DNA from: Nitrospirota bacterium
GTDB taxonomy: Bacteria; Nitrospirota; UBA9217
DNA: 64,000 bases
Assembly: GCA_963840455.1 (NCBI GenBank)
Contig: CAWIYV010000001.1
Coordinates: 224,001-288,000, forward strand
Direction of reading: 5' to 3'
Made by a program: the position numbers and the translations under genes. Below, one piece after another: positions 53,087 through 62,470 of this stretch; within the stretch, counting starts at the first letter, position 1; each line of letters starts with the position of its first letter. Under the pieces are notes generated by a model. It saw only the letters and a list, made by a program, of their open reading frames with translations. It did not search any database and was not told the DNA's origin.

Positions 53087-53869
53087 TCAGCCTATCCCCT
53101 TCAGTTTCAGGAGCGTGCTGGCCACCCGCTGGTTATAGTAGTTCTGCATGACCTCGCGGATCCGGGGCTTCGAACCGATCAGCTCCTTGAGCTGGTCCTC
53201 GTGTACTTCGAGGATGTCGCATTCCTCGGCCGAGATGACGGTCGCGGTGCGCGGCTTGCCGGTCAGGAACGCGATCTCGCCGAAGAAATCGCTGGGCTGG
53301 AGCACCGCCAGTTCGACCGGCTTGCCTTCCATGGTGGTGACGACCCGAACGGTGCCCCGCGTGACCACGAAGACCGATGCCCCGGCCTCGCCCTCCTTGA
53401 TGATGGTCTTGCCCGCTGGAACGGTATGGAACACCATCCGTTTCGTGAAGTCGTTGAACTCCTCCTGCGTCAGGTCCGCGAAAAGCGGCACGATGCTGCT
53501 CTGGGGCGCCACTTCGCCGAGTTCCACGGGCTCGAGCTTCAGTTCGGTAACGGTCTTATGGGAATGGAGCGAGGCCATCTGCCCCAGGGCCTTGTCGCTG
53601 CTCGGATCCAGCCGGAGGACCAGCTTGTACATGGCCAGGGCCTTGACCACGAATCCCTTGTCCGCGAAGATCTCGGCGGCCTTCATATACTCGGCGACGG
53701 CCTGCGGTTTCTGGTTCATCTTCTGCCGGACGTCCCCCATCCGGACCTTGACCTGCGGGTCCTGGTCGATGGCAAAAAGCTTTTCCAGGTCGGCGATGGC
53801 GTTCTTCCAGTCGCTCTTCTGGATGTATGTTTGCACGTTCTCGGTGAGCTGCGCTTTTGCGGAAGCCAA
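53087..53869 (-). CDS. TPR plus cyclic-nucleotide-binding domain protein (paralog 1)
   Basis: TTG start after SD AGGAGG (MASAKAQL); FFGEIAFLTGKPRTATV; colinear with 52028..52822. Confidence 0.88.
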   Translation of the reverse strand: MASAKAQLTENVQTYIQKSDWKNAIADLEKLFAIDQDPQVKVRMGDVRQKMNQKPQAVAEYMKAAEIFADKGFVVKALAMYKLVLRLDPSSDKALGQMASLHSHKTVTELKLEPVELGEVAPQSSIVPLFADLTQEEFNDFTKRMVFHTVPAGKTIIKEGEAGASVFVVTRGTVRVVTTMEGKPVELAVLQPSDFFGEIAFLTGKPRTATVISAEECDILEVHEDQLKELIGSKPRIREVMQNYYNQRVASTLLKLKGIG

Positions 53870-53952
53870 AGGATCCTCCTGCGTGAGTTCGGGATCAGGT
53901 GCGGCCGGTGAGGAACGGCCACGGTCGCTAGTATAGCCTATTTTCGGAAAAT

Positions 53953-55335
53953 CTAAAAGCTTCTCTTTTCCGAGTTCTCGAACCTCGTGAACTTGTTGAT
54001 GTAGGTCAGGTCCACGATTCCCGTCGGGCCGTTCCGCTGTTTGCCGATGATGACCTCGGCCTTGCCGCGCTGCCCGCAGATGCAATCCCCGTCGGGGACG
54101 CAGGTGCACTTGTTGTAGACCTCGTCCCGGTAGATGAACAGGATGACGTCCGCGTCCTGTTCGATGGCGCCGGACTCGCGCAGGTCCGCCAGCATGGGCC
54201 GCTTGTCCTTGCCCCGCGTCTCCACGGCGCGGTTGAGCTGCGACAGCGCGATGATCGGGACCTTGAGCTCTTTCGCCAGCGCCTTGAGCGAGCGGGAGAT
54301 GTTGGAGATCTCCTGCTCCCGGCTGTCCTCCCCCCTGCCGCGCATGAGCTGGAGGTAGTCCACGATGATCAGGTCGAGCCCCTTGTCCGCCTTGAGCCGC
54401 CGCGCCTTGGAGCGCATCTCCAGGACGCCGATGGCGCCCGTGTCGTCGATGTAGATCGGCGACTCGGCAAGCAGGCCCGTTGCGTTCGCGATCCGTCCGA
54501 AGTCCGTCTCGGCAAGGAATCCCCGCCGGAGCTTGTGCGCGTCGATGCGCGCCTCGGAGCAGATCAGCCGGAGGCCCAGCTGCTCCTTGGACATCTCGAG
54601 GCTGAACATGGCGACGGTCTTGTTGTCCTTGAGTGCGCAGTGCGCGGCGACGTTCAGGCAAAACGCGGTCTTTCCCATGGACGGGCGGCCGGCCACGATG
54701 ATGAGGTCGCTGGGCTGAAGGCCCGAGGTCATGTTGTCGAGGTCCACGAAGCCCGTCGGGATCCCCGTGATCAGCTCCTTGCGCTCGTACAGGTTCCCGA
54801 TGGCCTCGAAGCTGGTGTGCATCAGGGCCCGCATGGGCGTGAACGGCTCGGTCATCTTCTTATCGGAGATCTCAAGGATGGAATGCTGCGCCTGGTCGAT
54901 GAGCAGGTCGATCTTGACCGCCTCCGGCGAGTCGTCATAGCTCCGGGTGATGATGTTCGTCGAGGCGTGGATCAGCTGGCGGAGCACCGATTTGTCCCGC
55001 ACGATCCGGGCGTGGTACTTCACGTTCGCCGCCGTGGGCACGAGGCTCACCAGCGTGGAGAGGTAGGACGCGCCCCCCACCTTGTCGATGGCCCCGCCGT
55101 GGCGCAGGGTGTCGGTGAGGGTGACGAGGTCGATCGCGTCGCGGCGCTCGGACATGTCGAGCATGGCGGTAAAAATCCGACGATGGGAATCTTTATAAAA
55201 ATCCTCGGGAACGAGGATGTCGCTGACGTTCTCCATCGCGCTGTTCTCGATCAGGATGGCGCCGAGGACCATCTGTTCGGCCTCGATGTTCTGCGGGGGG
55301 AGCTTCTGGAGCGAGACCTCTTCCTGGAGGGCCAT
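53953..55335 (-). CDS. dnaB: Replicative DNA helicase
   Basis: PPQNIEAEQ, GRPSMGKT, VDYLQL, LSQLNR, LRESGAIEQDAD and KQRNGP motifs. Confidence 0.97.
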   Translation of the reverse strand: MALQEEVSLQKLPPQNIEAEQMVLGAILIENSAMENVSDILVPEDFYKDSHRRIFTAMLDMSERRDAIDLVTLTDTLRHGGAIDKVGGASYLSTLVSLVPTAANVKYHARIVRDKSVLRQLIHASTNIITRSYDDSPEAVKIDLLIDQAQHSILEISDKKMTEPFTPMRALMHTSFEAIGNLYERKELITGIPTGFVDLDNMTSGLQPSDLIIVAGRPSMGKTAFCLNVAAHCALKDNKTVAMFSLEMSKEQLGLRLICSEARIDAHKLRRGFLAETDFGRIANATGLLAESPIYIDDTGAIGVLEMRSKARRLKADKGLDLIIVDYLQLMRGRGEDSREQEISNISRSLKALAKELKVPIIALSQLNRAVETRGKDKRPMLADLRESGAIEQDADVILFIYRDEVYNKCTCVPDGDCICGQRGKAEVIIGKQRNGPTGIVDLTYINKFTRFENSEKRSF

Positions 55336-55377
55336 GGCTTTACCTCTTGATATACAACGGATTCGGACGAAAAAAAA

Positions 55378-55441
55378 GGAGCCGGAGATCAGGAGCCGGG
55401 AGAAATTTCCCTGACCCTGACCCCTGGCTCCTGATCCTGGT
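55378..55441. repeat. Inverted heptamer-repeat hairpin between rplI and dnaB
   Basis: ggagccg gagatca ggagccg gga ... ccctgac cctgacc cctggct cctgatc ctgg. Confidence 0.65.
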
Positions 55442-55452
55442 TCGTGCTGTTC

Positions 55453-55899
55453 TTATTCTGCGGCGATGACCGATACCTTGAGGTCCGCCACCACGTCGGT
55501 ATGGAGCTTCACCGGCACGGTGTAGTCGCCGGTCCGCTTGATCGGCTCTTCCAGCATGATCTTGCGCTTGTCGATGGCAACGCCCTGCGCCTGCATGGCA
55601 TCGGCGATGTCCATGGTCGTCACGGAGCCGAAGAGCTTGCCTTCCTCGCCCACCTTGGCCTTGATGGTGATGGCAAGGGACTTGATCCGGTCCGCGTCCG
55701 CGGACGCCGTCTTCTTGAGCGTCCTGATGCGGTCGGACACCATCTTCTTGGCGTGTTCCATGGACTTGACGTTCTTCGGGGTGGCTTCGATGGCCTTCTT
55801 CGAAGGGACCAGGAAGTTCCGGGCATAGCCGTCCTTCACCTTCACGAGGTCGCCGATCTTGCCCAGATTATCAACATCTTCACGTAATATGACCTGCAT
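55453..55899 (-). CDS. rplI: 50S ribosomal protein L9
   Basis: LGKIGDLVKVKDGYARNFL and GKLFGSVT motifs. Confidence 0.97.
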   Translation of the reverse strand: MQVILREDVDNLGKIGDLVKVKDGYARNFLVPSKKAIEATPKNVKSMEHAKKMVSDRIRTLKKTASADADRIKSLAITIKAKVGEEGKLFGSVTTMDIADAMQAQGVAIDKRKIMLEEPIKRTGDYTVPVKLHTDVVADLKVSVIAAE

Positions 55900-56009
55900 T
55901 GCTTGTGCAACTCCTTTCAGCGTTTGGTAGACGGTGATACTACCAGAAAGAGGGGTCGGGTGTCAACAGGGATTTGCATGGAGTATCAGCGGGTTATTTG
56001 GCATGGCGG

Positions 56010-57833
56010 TCAAGTGCCCTTCGCTCCATAGGACCGGATCTCTTCGAGAAACGCTCCGGCATAACGCTCCAGTTTTACATCCCCCACGCCTGAGATCATT
56101 CTCATCTCGGAAGCGGTCTTCGGGAAATGCACGCACATCTCATGAAGCGTTTTGTCCGAGAATATTACATAGGGCGGAACATGGTTGTCACCGGCGATCC
56201 TTTTCCTGATGACGCGCAGCCGCTCGAAGAGCACCTCGTCGTAGTGTCCGCCTTCTACGGTCTTCCTTCGCCGCTCTTTTGTTTTTGTCGCTTCACGCTT
56301 GAGCCCGAAGACCTCGCCCGTTCCCGTGAGCACGCCCGCCCCCTTGGGCGTGAGTTTCAGCACGGGGTAACGATCGCCGTCCTGCCGGATCAGCTCCTGG
56401 GCAAGGAGTTCGTCAACGATGAAGCGCCAGTGGTTCTTATCGTGAAGCCGTCCGGCGCCGAAGGTCTTGATCTCGTGATGGCCCAGTTCCCTGACGCGCT
56501 TGGTGTCCGCTCCCATGACGATGTCGATGATATGGACGATGCCGAAGCGCTCATTGGTCCTGGCCATGGCCGACATGAAGATCCGCGCATCGGTCGAAAT
56601 ATCAATGCGGTCTACGAAGCCGGTGCATACATCGCAGGCTTCGCAATTAGCTGCGAGGTAGGCTTCTCCGAAAAAGGAGAGGAGCTGCTTCCTTCTGCAT
56701 ACGTTATGGGACGCGAACCGCACAGTCTGGTTCAGCTTCTCCATGGCGATCCGGCGCTCTCCTTCGTTCTCCATCTTGTCGATGAAGTACCGTATCTTCG
56801 GAATATCGCCCCTGCTGAAAAAGAGCAGACAATGGGCCGGTTCGCCGTCCCGCCCCGCCCGACCCGTCTCCTGGTAGTATCCTTCGATGTGCCGGGGAAG
56901 ATCGGCGTGGACCACGAACCGGACGTTCGACTTGTCGATGCCCATGCCGAAGGCTATGGTTGCCACGATCACCGAGACCTCGTCCTTGTTAAAGGCCTCC
57001 TGGTTTCGTTCACGGACCTCCGTAGGCAGCCCTGCATGGTACGGCAGCGCCTTAATGCCGCGGGACTCAAGAAATTCCGCTGTCTCGTTGACCGCATCGC
57101 GGGTCGTCCGGTAGATGATCCCCGCTTCTCCCTCGTGGTCCTTCAGAAATTTCAGGAGCTGCTGCTCGACCTGCGACTTGGATTCCACCTGGTAGAAAAG
57201 ATTGGGCCGGTTGAACGAGGCGCGCACGGAATGGGGCGTCCTGAGCCCGATCTTGTTGATGATGTCCTGCTGGACCTTGTGCGTGGCCGTGGCGGTGAAG
57301 GCCGCAATGGGGACGTTGGGATAGAGCGCGGGAATAGCGGACAGGGCGAGGTAGTCGGGCCGGAAATCGTGGCCCCATTCGGAAATGCAGTGCGCCTCAT
57401 CTATGGCGAAAAGCGAAAGAGGAATTCCCTTCAGCATCTCGGTGAACTGCGGCATGGCAAACCGTTCCGGCGCGATGTACAGCAGTTTGACCTGCTTTTC
57501 TTTCAGCCGACGGTAGACGTCCGCGATCTCCTGCTGATCGAGCGAGCTGTTCATGAACACGGCCGCGATGCCGCTTTCCCTTGCAGCGTCGACCTGATCC
57601 TTCATCAGCGAGATGAGCGGGCTGATGACGATTGCCGTACCTTGCATCAGCAGGGCGGGCAACTGGTAGCACAGGGATTTGCCTCCCCCTGTAGGCATGA
57701 CCGCGAAGACGTCTTTCCCGTTCAGGACCTGCCTGATGATGGTCTCCTGATTCTGCCGGAACGATTCAAAACCGAACACGGTGCGGAGGACATCGCGTAC
57801 AGCGATATCACTGATGGGAGGTTGAAAGGACAT
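56010..57833 (-). CDS. recQ: DNA helicase RecQ
   Basis: MPTGGGKS, DEAHC, WGHDFRP, QETGRAGRDG; RQC and HRDC domains. Confidence 0.96.
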   Translation of the reverse strand: MSFQPPISDIAVRDVLRTVFGFESFRQNQETIIRQVLNGKDVFAVMPTGGGKSLCYQLPALLMQGTAIVISPLISLMKDQVDAARESGIAAVFMNSSLDQQEIADVYRRLKEKQVKLLYIAPERFAMPQFTEMLKGIPLSLFAIDEAHCISEWGHDFRPDYLALSAIPALYPNVPIAAFTATATHKVQQDIINKIGLRTPHSVRASFNRPNLFYQVESKSQVEQQLLKFLKDHEGEAGIIYRTTRDAVNETAEFLESRGIKALPYHAGLPTEVRERNQEAFNKDEVSVIVATIAFGMGIDKSNVRFVVHADLPRHIEGYYQETGRAGRDGEPAHCLLFFSRGDIPKIRYFIDKMENEGERRIAMEKLNQTVRFASHNVCRRKQLLSFFGEAYLAANCEACDVCTGFVDRIDISTDARIFMSAMARTNERFGIVHIIDIVMGADTKRVRELGHHEIKTFGAGRLHDKNHWRFIVDELLAQELIRQDGDRYPVLKLTPKGAGVLTGTGEVFGLKREATKTKERRRKTVEGGHYDEVLFERLRVIRKRIAGDNHVPPYVIFSDKTLHEMCVHFPKTASEMRMISGVGDVKLERYAGAFLEEIRSYGAKGT

Positions 57834-57870
57834 GAGCTTCAATGATCGGCGGATAGGGAGCACCCGTACG

Positions 57871-60551
57871 CTAGACGACGCCCTCCGCCTTTTTCTTGAG
57901 TTCGGATAGTTTATTCATTGCCTCGATAGGCGTCATGGCGTTCAGGTCCATCTCGGCCATTTCCCGGACAAGGTTTGCGTCCCGCGCCGCGAACAAGCCT
58001 AGTTGCTGCTCTTTCGCCGCGTCTCCGCGTCTCCGCGTCTCCGCGTCGGCACTTTCCCCTTGTCCCCTCGTCTCCCTATCCCCTGCGTCCGCCTTTTGAC
58101 GCAGGCGTCGGTTCGCCGGTCTCATCGAACTCGGCCTTCTCGAGGTTCGCCAGCACCTCCCGGGCCCGCGCGATCACCACCGCAGGAAGCCCGGCGAGCC
58201 GCGCCACCTGGATGCCGTAGGACTTGTCCGCGCCGCCCTCGACGACCCTGCGGAGAAAGATGATCTGGTCGTTCCACTCCTTGATGGCCACGTTGAAGTT
58301 CTTCACCCGGTCCATGGTGAGCGCCAGGTCCGTGAGCTCGTGATAGTGCGTTGCGAAGAGCGTCCGCGCCCGGAGCTTCTCGTGGATGAACTCGGCGACC
58401 GCCCAGGCGATGCTGATGCCGTCGAAGGTGGAGGTCCCCCTGCCGATCTCGTCCAGGATGATGAGGCTCCGGTCCGTGGCGTTGTTCAGGATATTGGCGG
58501 TCTCGTTCATCTCCACCATGAAAGTGCTCTGGCCCCGGCTGATGAAGTCCGACGCGCCGACGCGTGTGAACACCCGGTCCACGATGCCGACCAAGGACTC
58601 CTTCGCCGGAACGAAGCTGCCCATCTGGGCCATGATGCTGATGAGCGCCACCTGGCGCATGTACGTGGACTTGCCCGCCATGTTCGGTCCCGTCAGGATC
58701 AGGAGCTGGTTGTCGCTGCTGTCCAGCAGCGTGTCGTTCGGCACGAACCGCTCCTCGGTGAGCTGTTCGATGACCGGATGGCGTCCCTCGACGATGCGCA
58801 GCACGTCCCCGTCGTCGATGACAGGACGGGTGTAGCTGTTCTTGGCCGCAGCCTCGGCGAGCGAGGCGAGGCAGTCGAGCGTTGCCAGCCGCCGGGCCAT
58901 GTCCTGGACGCGCACGGTCTGTGCCGCGACCTGCTCGCGGATCGCATTGAAAAGCCGGTACTCGAGGTCGAGGATCTTCTCCTCTGCGCCCAGCACCTTC
59001 TCCTCGTATTCCTTCAGCTCCGGCGTGATGTACCGCTCCGCGTTCGCCAGTGTCTGTTTCCGGATATAGTCCGGCGGTACATTCGCGAGGTTCGTCTTGG
59101 TCACCTCGATGTAGTAGCCGAAGACACGGTTGTAGCTCACGCGCAGGGAGCTGATGCCCGTCCGCTCGCGTTCGCGCTGCTCGATGCCGGCAATGAATCC
59201 CTTCCCTTCAGTGCTGATGGACCGGAGCTCATCGAGCTCTGCGCTGTGGCCTTTCTTGATCAGCTTTCCTTCTCGCAGCGTATACGGCGGGTCGTCATGG
59301 ATGGAGCGCTCGATGAGCTGATGGATGTCCTGCAGGTCGTCCCAGCCTTCGTGCACGGTCTTGAGCAGGCCGGCGGCGCTTGGCGCAATGAAGTTCCTGA
59401 GGTCCGGCAGGACGGTGAAGGACTGTCGCAGGGCAACAAGGTCCCGGGCATTGGCCACACCGAGGGAGACGCGGCTGATGAGCCGCTCCAGGTCGTATAC
59501 CCGTCCGAGATCGTTCCGGAGGCTCGAGCGCACCTGATGGCGCTCCTTGAGCTCGGCGACGGCAGTGAGGCGAGCATCGATCTCCTGAACATCGAGCAGC
59601 GGATTCAGGACCCATTCGCGCAGCTTGCGGCCCGCCATGGACGTGACCGTGTGGTCGAGGACGGACAGAAGCGTGCCCCGGATGGAGCCGTCGTAGATGT
59701 TCTTCACCAGCTCCAGGTTCCGCTGGCACGCGCTGTCCAGGACCATGTAGGACTGTACGAGGAAGGGCCTGACGCTCCGGATGTTCGCCAGCGCGGTCTT
59801 CTGGGTCTCTTCGATGTACCGAAGCGCCGCTCCCCCAGCGGAGACGCCGATGGTCATGTCCCCGCAGCCGAAGCCCTCGAGCGTCGAGGTCTTCAAATGG
59901 TCGAGCAGGGTCCGCTTCGCGGTCTCGCGGTCAAAGGTCCAGTCCTCGTAGGGATTGATCGCCTGGGTGTATTGACGAAGCAGCGCCAGAAGCTCTGATG
60001 CCGTCTCCTGCCCCTTCGGCAGAACGATTTCGCGAGGCGTGAATCGCGACAACAGGGTGTCGAGCTCTGCCAGGTTGCCGGCACCCGATACCTCTGCCAT
60101 GAAGAAATCACCGGTCGAGATGTCGAGGAACGCAGCGCCGAATCCCTCTTTCGCAGGATAGAGCGAGGCGAGATAGTTGTTGTCCTTGGCTTCTAAGAGA
60201 TTGGCATCGAGCACGGTGCCGGGCGTGACCACGCGGATGACCTCGCGCTTCACGATGCCCTTGGCGAGCTTCGGGTCCTCCACCTGCTCGCAGACCGCCA
60301 CCTTGAAGCCGCGCCTGATGAGCTTGGCGATGTAGCCTTCCACGGCGTGGTACGGGAACCCGCAGAGCGGCGTCTCGATGCCCTTGGACTTGTTCCGCGC
60401 CGTCAGCGTGATCTCCAGGACCTTCGAGGCCGTCACCGCGTCCTGGTCGAACATCTCGTAGAAGTCGCCCATGCGGAACAGCAGGATCGCGTCAAGGTGC
60501 TGGCGCTTGATCTCGCGGTATTGCTTCATGAAGGGGGTCAAGATCAGTCAT
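57871..60551 (-). CDS. mutS: DNA mismatch repair protein MutS, with apparent +1 frameshifts near 60542 and 58107
   Basis: GDFYEMF, TGPNMAGKS, STFMVEM, DEIGRGT; C-terminal QLGLF...LNAMTPIEA in the 57871..58125 frame; ATG at 60551 is out of frame by one base. Confidence 0.93.
58017..58047. repeat. Octamer tandem repeat inside the mutS C-terminal linker
   Basis: GACGCGGA x3 plus GACGCGGC on the minus strand. Confidence 0.85.
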
Positions 60552-60611
60552 AGGAAACACGTGGGTGACGCACCGCCTTTGGGCGCGCCGCCGTCGACCC
60601 GCAGGTTAGTA
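60552..60611 (-). other. attC site 4
   Basis: TACTAAC-ctgcg-ggtcGac...gtcacc-cacgt-GTTTCCT; 60 bp, palindromic, abuts the mutS ATG. Confidence 0.75.
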
Positions 60612-61307
60612 TCATGCTCGTTCACCTTTTAGATTGATTTTTTCAGCCCGATTGAGCCACGCTAATTCAATTTGATGCTTTATAAGGTCTTGCCTACTAC
60701 GCCCACTGACTTTTTTAACGATATCACAGGGAATTCCATATTCACTTATTCTTGCTTCGCATTCTCTTTTCCTTCTTCTGTCTTGCTTAAGTTCCGCAAC
60801 TAAACTAGCAAGAGATTCCAGCAAATCATCCACCAATTGGCAAATATTGATATTTAGCCTTAATGTAGCCATCTTTCCTTTGAGTGGAAAGAATTTCATA
60901 TTTGCTTTTCTGTTATCCGGCTTATCGTCGTTATTTGACTGCCAGAGAACTTTAATTCTTTTGGGGGCGCCATTTTTGTCTGCTCTATAAAAACTATACG
61001 GTTCATAAGAGTGTACAGTACCGTGTCGCCACATTGAATAAATAAGCTCAGCGTAATCCCTGTATTGCCGAGGAAAGTATTTCTTTATAAACTCCTCGGC
61101 GCATTTTGAGTTTTTAGGATTACCATTATTATCTACATAACCAAATGCAATCCAACCTAAATAGTCTATATAGCAAAATACTTGTCTTGGAACACTAAAG
61201 AAGCCACCCACTTGAGTATCATTATGGTGCCTTGCAATTGCTTTGACATCATCGATAATAGACTGTCGAACATTCTTTTCCAAGTATTCTATCGTTCTTT
61301 TAGGCAT
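60612..61307 (-). CDS. Integron cassette 4: hypothetical protein with HEPN-like Rx4H motif
   Basis: AT-rich; IDYLG...FIKKYFP...MWRHGTVH; bounded by attC sites. Confidence 0.75.
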   Translation of the reverse strand: MPKRTIEYLEKNVRQSIIDDVKAIARHHNDTQVGGFFSVPRQVFCYIDYLGWIAFGYVDNNGNPKNSKCAEEFIKKYFPRQYRDYAELIYSMWRHGTVHSYEPYSFYRADKNGAPKRIKVLWQSNNDDKPDNRKANMKFFPLKGKMATLRLNINICQLVDDLLESLASLVAELKQDRRRKRECEARISEYGIPCDIVKKVSGRSRQDLIKHQIELAWLNRAEKINLKGERA

Positions 61308-61317
61308 ACTTATTAAG

Positions 61318-61378
61318 AGCTAGCGACTCGTTGAGGGGCGGGCGTTCTTTGCCCGCCCGCTCGACACGTTAGTTTATA
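61318..61378 (-). other. attC site 3 (degenerate core)
   Basis: TATAAAC-taacg-tgtcgagcgggcgggc...gcccgcccctcaac-gagtc-GCTAGCT. Confidence 0.65.
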
Positions 61379-61410
61379 TCTCAGTTCCGAAACCGAGTCT
61401 CATCGGTTGT

Positions 61411-61680
61411 TTATCTCGACTTAGGCTTTTTATATCGGTTGATATTGTCCAGAGCACGATTCCCTACGGTTGCCTTACCCCCAAAGTAATTTCTATCGGC
61501 AGCTGCTGCACTCTCCCGCTCAGCAGCAAATTGTCTTTCGTCCTTGTAAAGACAACATTTCTTGTACTTTAATCCACTTCCGCATGGGCAGGGACTATTA
61601 CGCCCGACTTGCACAATTTTTCTGATGCCGAGACAGGTAAATATCCTTTCGACCAAAGATTTCCGCACGATTGTCCTCAC
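61411..61680 (-). CDS. Integron cassette 3: SEC-C zinc-binding motif protein
   Basis: [19 protein letters not shown]. Confidence 0.8.
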   Translation of the reverse strand: MRTIVRKSLVERIFTCLGIRKIVQVGRNSPCPCGSGLKYKKCCLYKDERQFAAERESAAAADRNYFGGKATVGNRALDNINRYKKPKSR

Positions 61681-61735
61681 TAATGACGAGCTTAGCCCGA
61701 CGCCTTAGAGCGCGGGTTCGAACGACTTTTTAACC
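61678..61735 (-). other. attC site 2 (degenerate core)
   Basis: GGTTAAA-aagtc-gttcgaacccg...cgggctaagc-tcgtc-ATTAGTG. Confidence 0.65.
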
Positions 61736-61736
61736 A

Positions 61737-62378
61737 TTAACTCCATCCATGTTCCCATATGTGTTTTGCACGTTCTAGCTTGTGAGATGCCAACCATTCG
61801 TTTTGCGCAGCATCTATGAATCCACCAAAGACCCGTATTTTGGTCAGGCGCGGCGCTTGACACCCCCAAGCTGAATGAACATGGGTAGATTTCTCCCAGC
61901 GCGAATTCTCAATATGCAATTCGGAGACATATGAAGGGCTCCACTCTCCAGCGCAAAGCTCGCACAAGCCCGGATACTCGGCAAGCCAGGCTTTAGCTGA
62001 CAGCTTGGAGAGAGATGCGAGGATCCACTGACGATCATGATCGATCTGTTGAGATAGAGCCCATTCCGTGAGGAAGTGGGCAAGGTGATTCACGAGCGCG
62101 CGATTTGCGCGGGCACCAACATCTGGTGCCTCGAAGAAGGCGCCTCGATAGCCCGTGCTTCCGTTAAAAAACCAGTCAAAGAGTAGGGAGTCCACGGTTC
62201 CGCAGAAGACGGCGCGTTTGAAAGAAGCGTTGTCCTGCCGAGGTTCGCGGTGGAAGCATTTAAGGGTAAGTCCACGCTTCAGCGCTTCTGGCAACTCAGC
62301 ATTTGGCAGTGGTTGTGCAAGCGCATCTAGTCGTTTCGAATCAACTTTGCCAACATAATGCCACGGAGATGACTTCAC
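61737..62378 (-). CDS. Integron cassette 2: hypothetical Trp-rich protein with CxxC
   Basis: 213 aa ORF filling the span between two attC sites; stop abuts the inverse core. Confidence 0.75.
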   Translation of the reverse strand: MKSSPWHYVGKVDSKRLDALAQPLPNAELPEALKRGLTLKCFHREPRQDNASFKRAVFCGTVDSLLFDWFFNGSTGYRGAFFEAPDVGARANRALVNHLAHFLTEWALSQQIDHDRQWILASLSKLSAKAWLAEYPGLCELCAGEWSPSYVSELHIENSRWEKSTHVHSAWGCQAPRLTKIRVFGGFIDAAQNEWLASHKLERAKHIWEHGWS

Positions 62379-62396
62379 GTGTAGGCCTCATCTGAT

Positions 62397-62456
62397 GGCT
62401 AATACGCCGGTCACGCGCCGCCTTTTGGCGCGTCGCTGTGGACCGGCATGTTGGTC
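62397..62456 (-). other. attC site 1
   Basis: GACCAAC-atgcc-ggtcCac...gcgccaaaaggcggcgc-gtgacc-ggcgt-ATTAGCC; extrahelical C; similar to attC 4. Confidence 0.8.
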
Positions 62457-62470
62457 TTCTTACGATTTGG

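Noticed and set aside
53870-54661. N-terminal extension of the 524-aa ORF
   Set aside because: Overlaps dnaB in another frame; the SD/TTG at 53869 matches the paralog's start.
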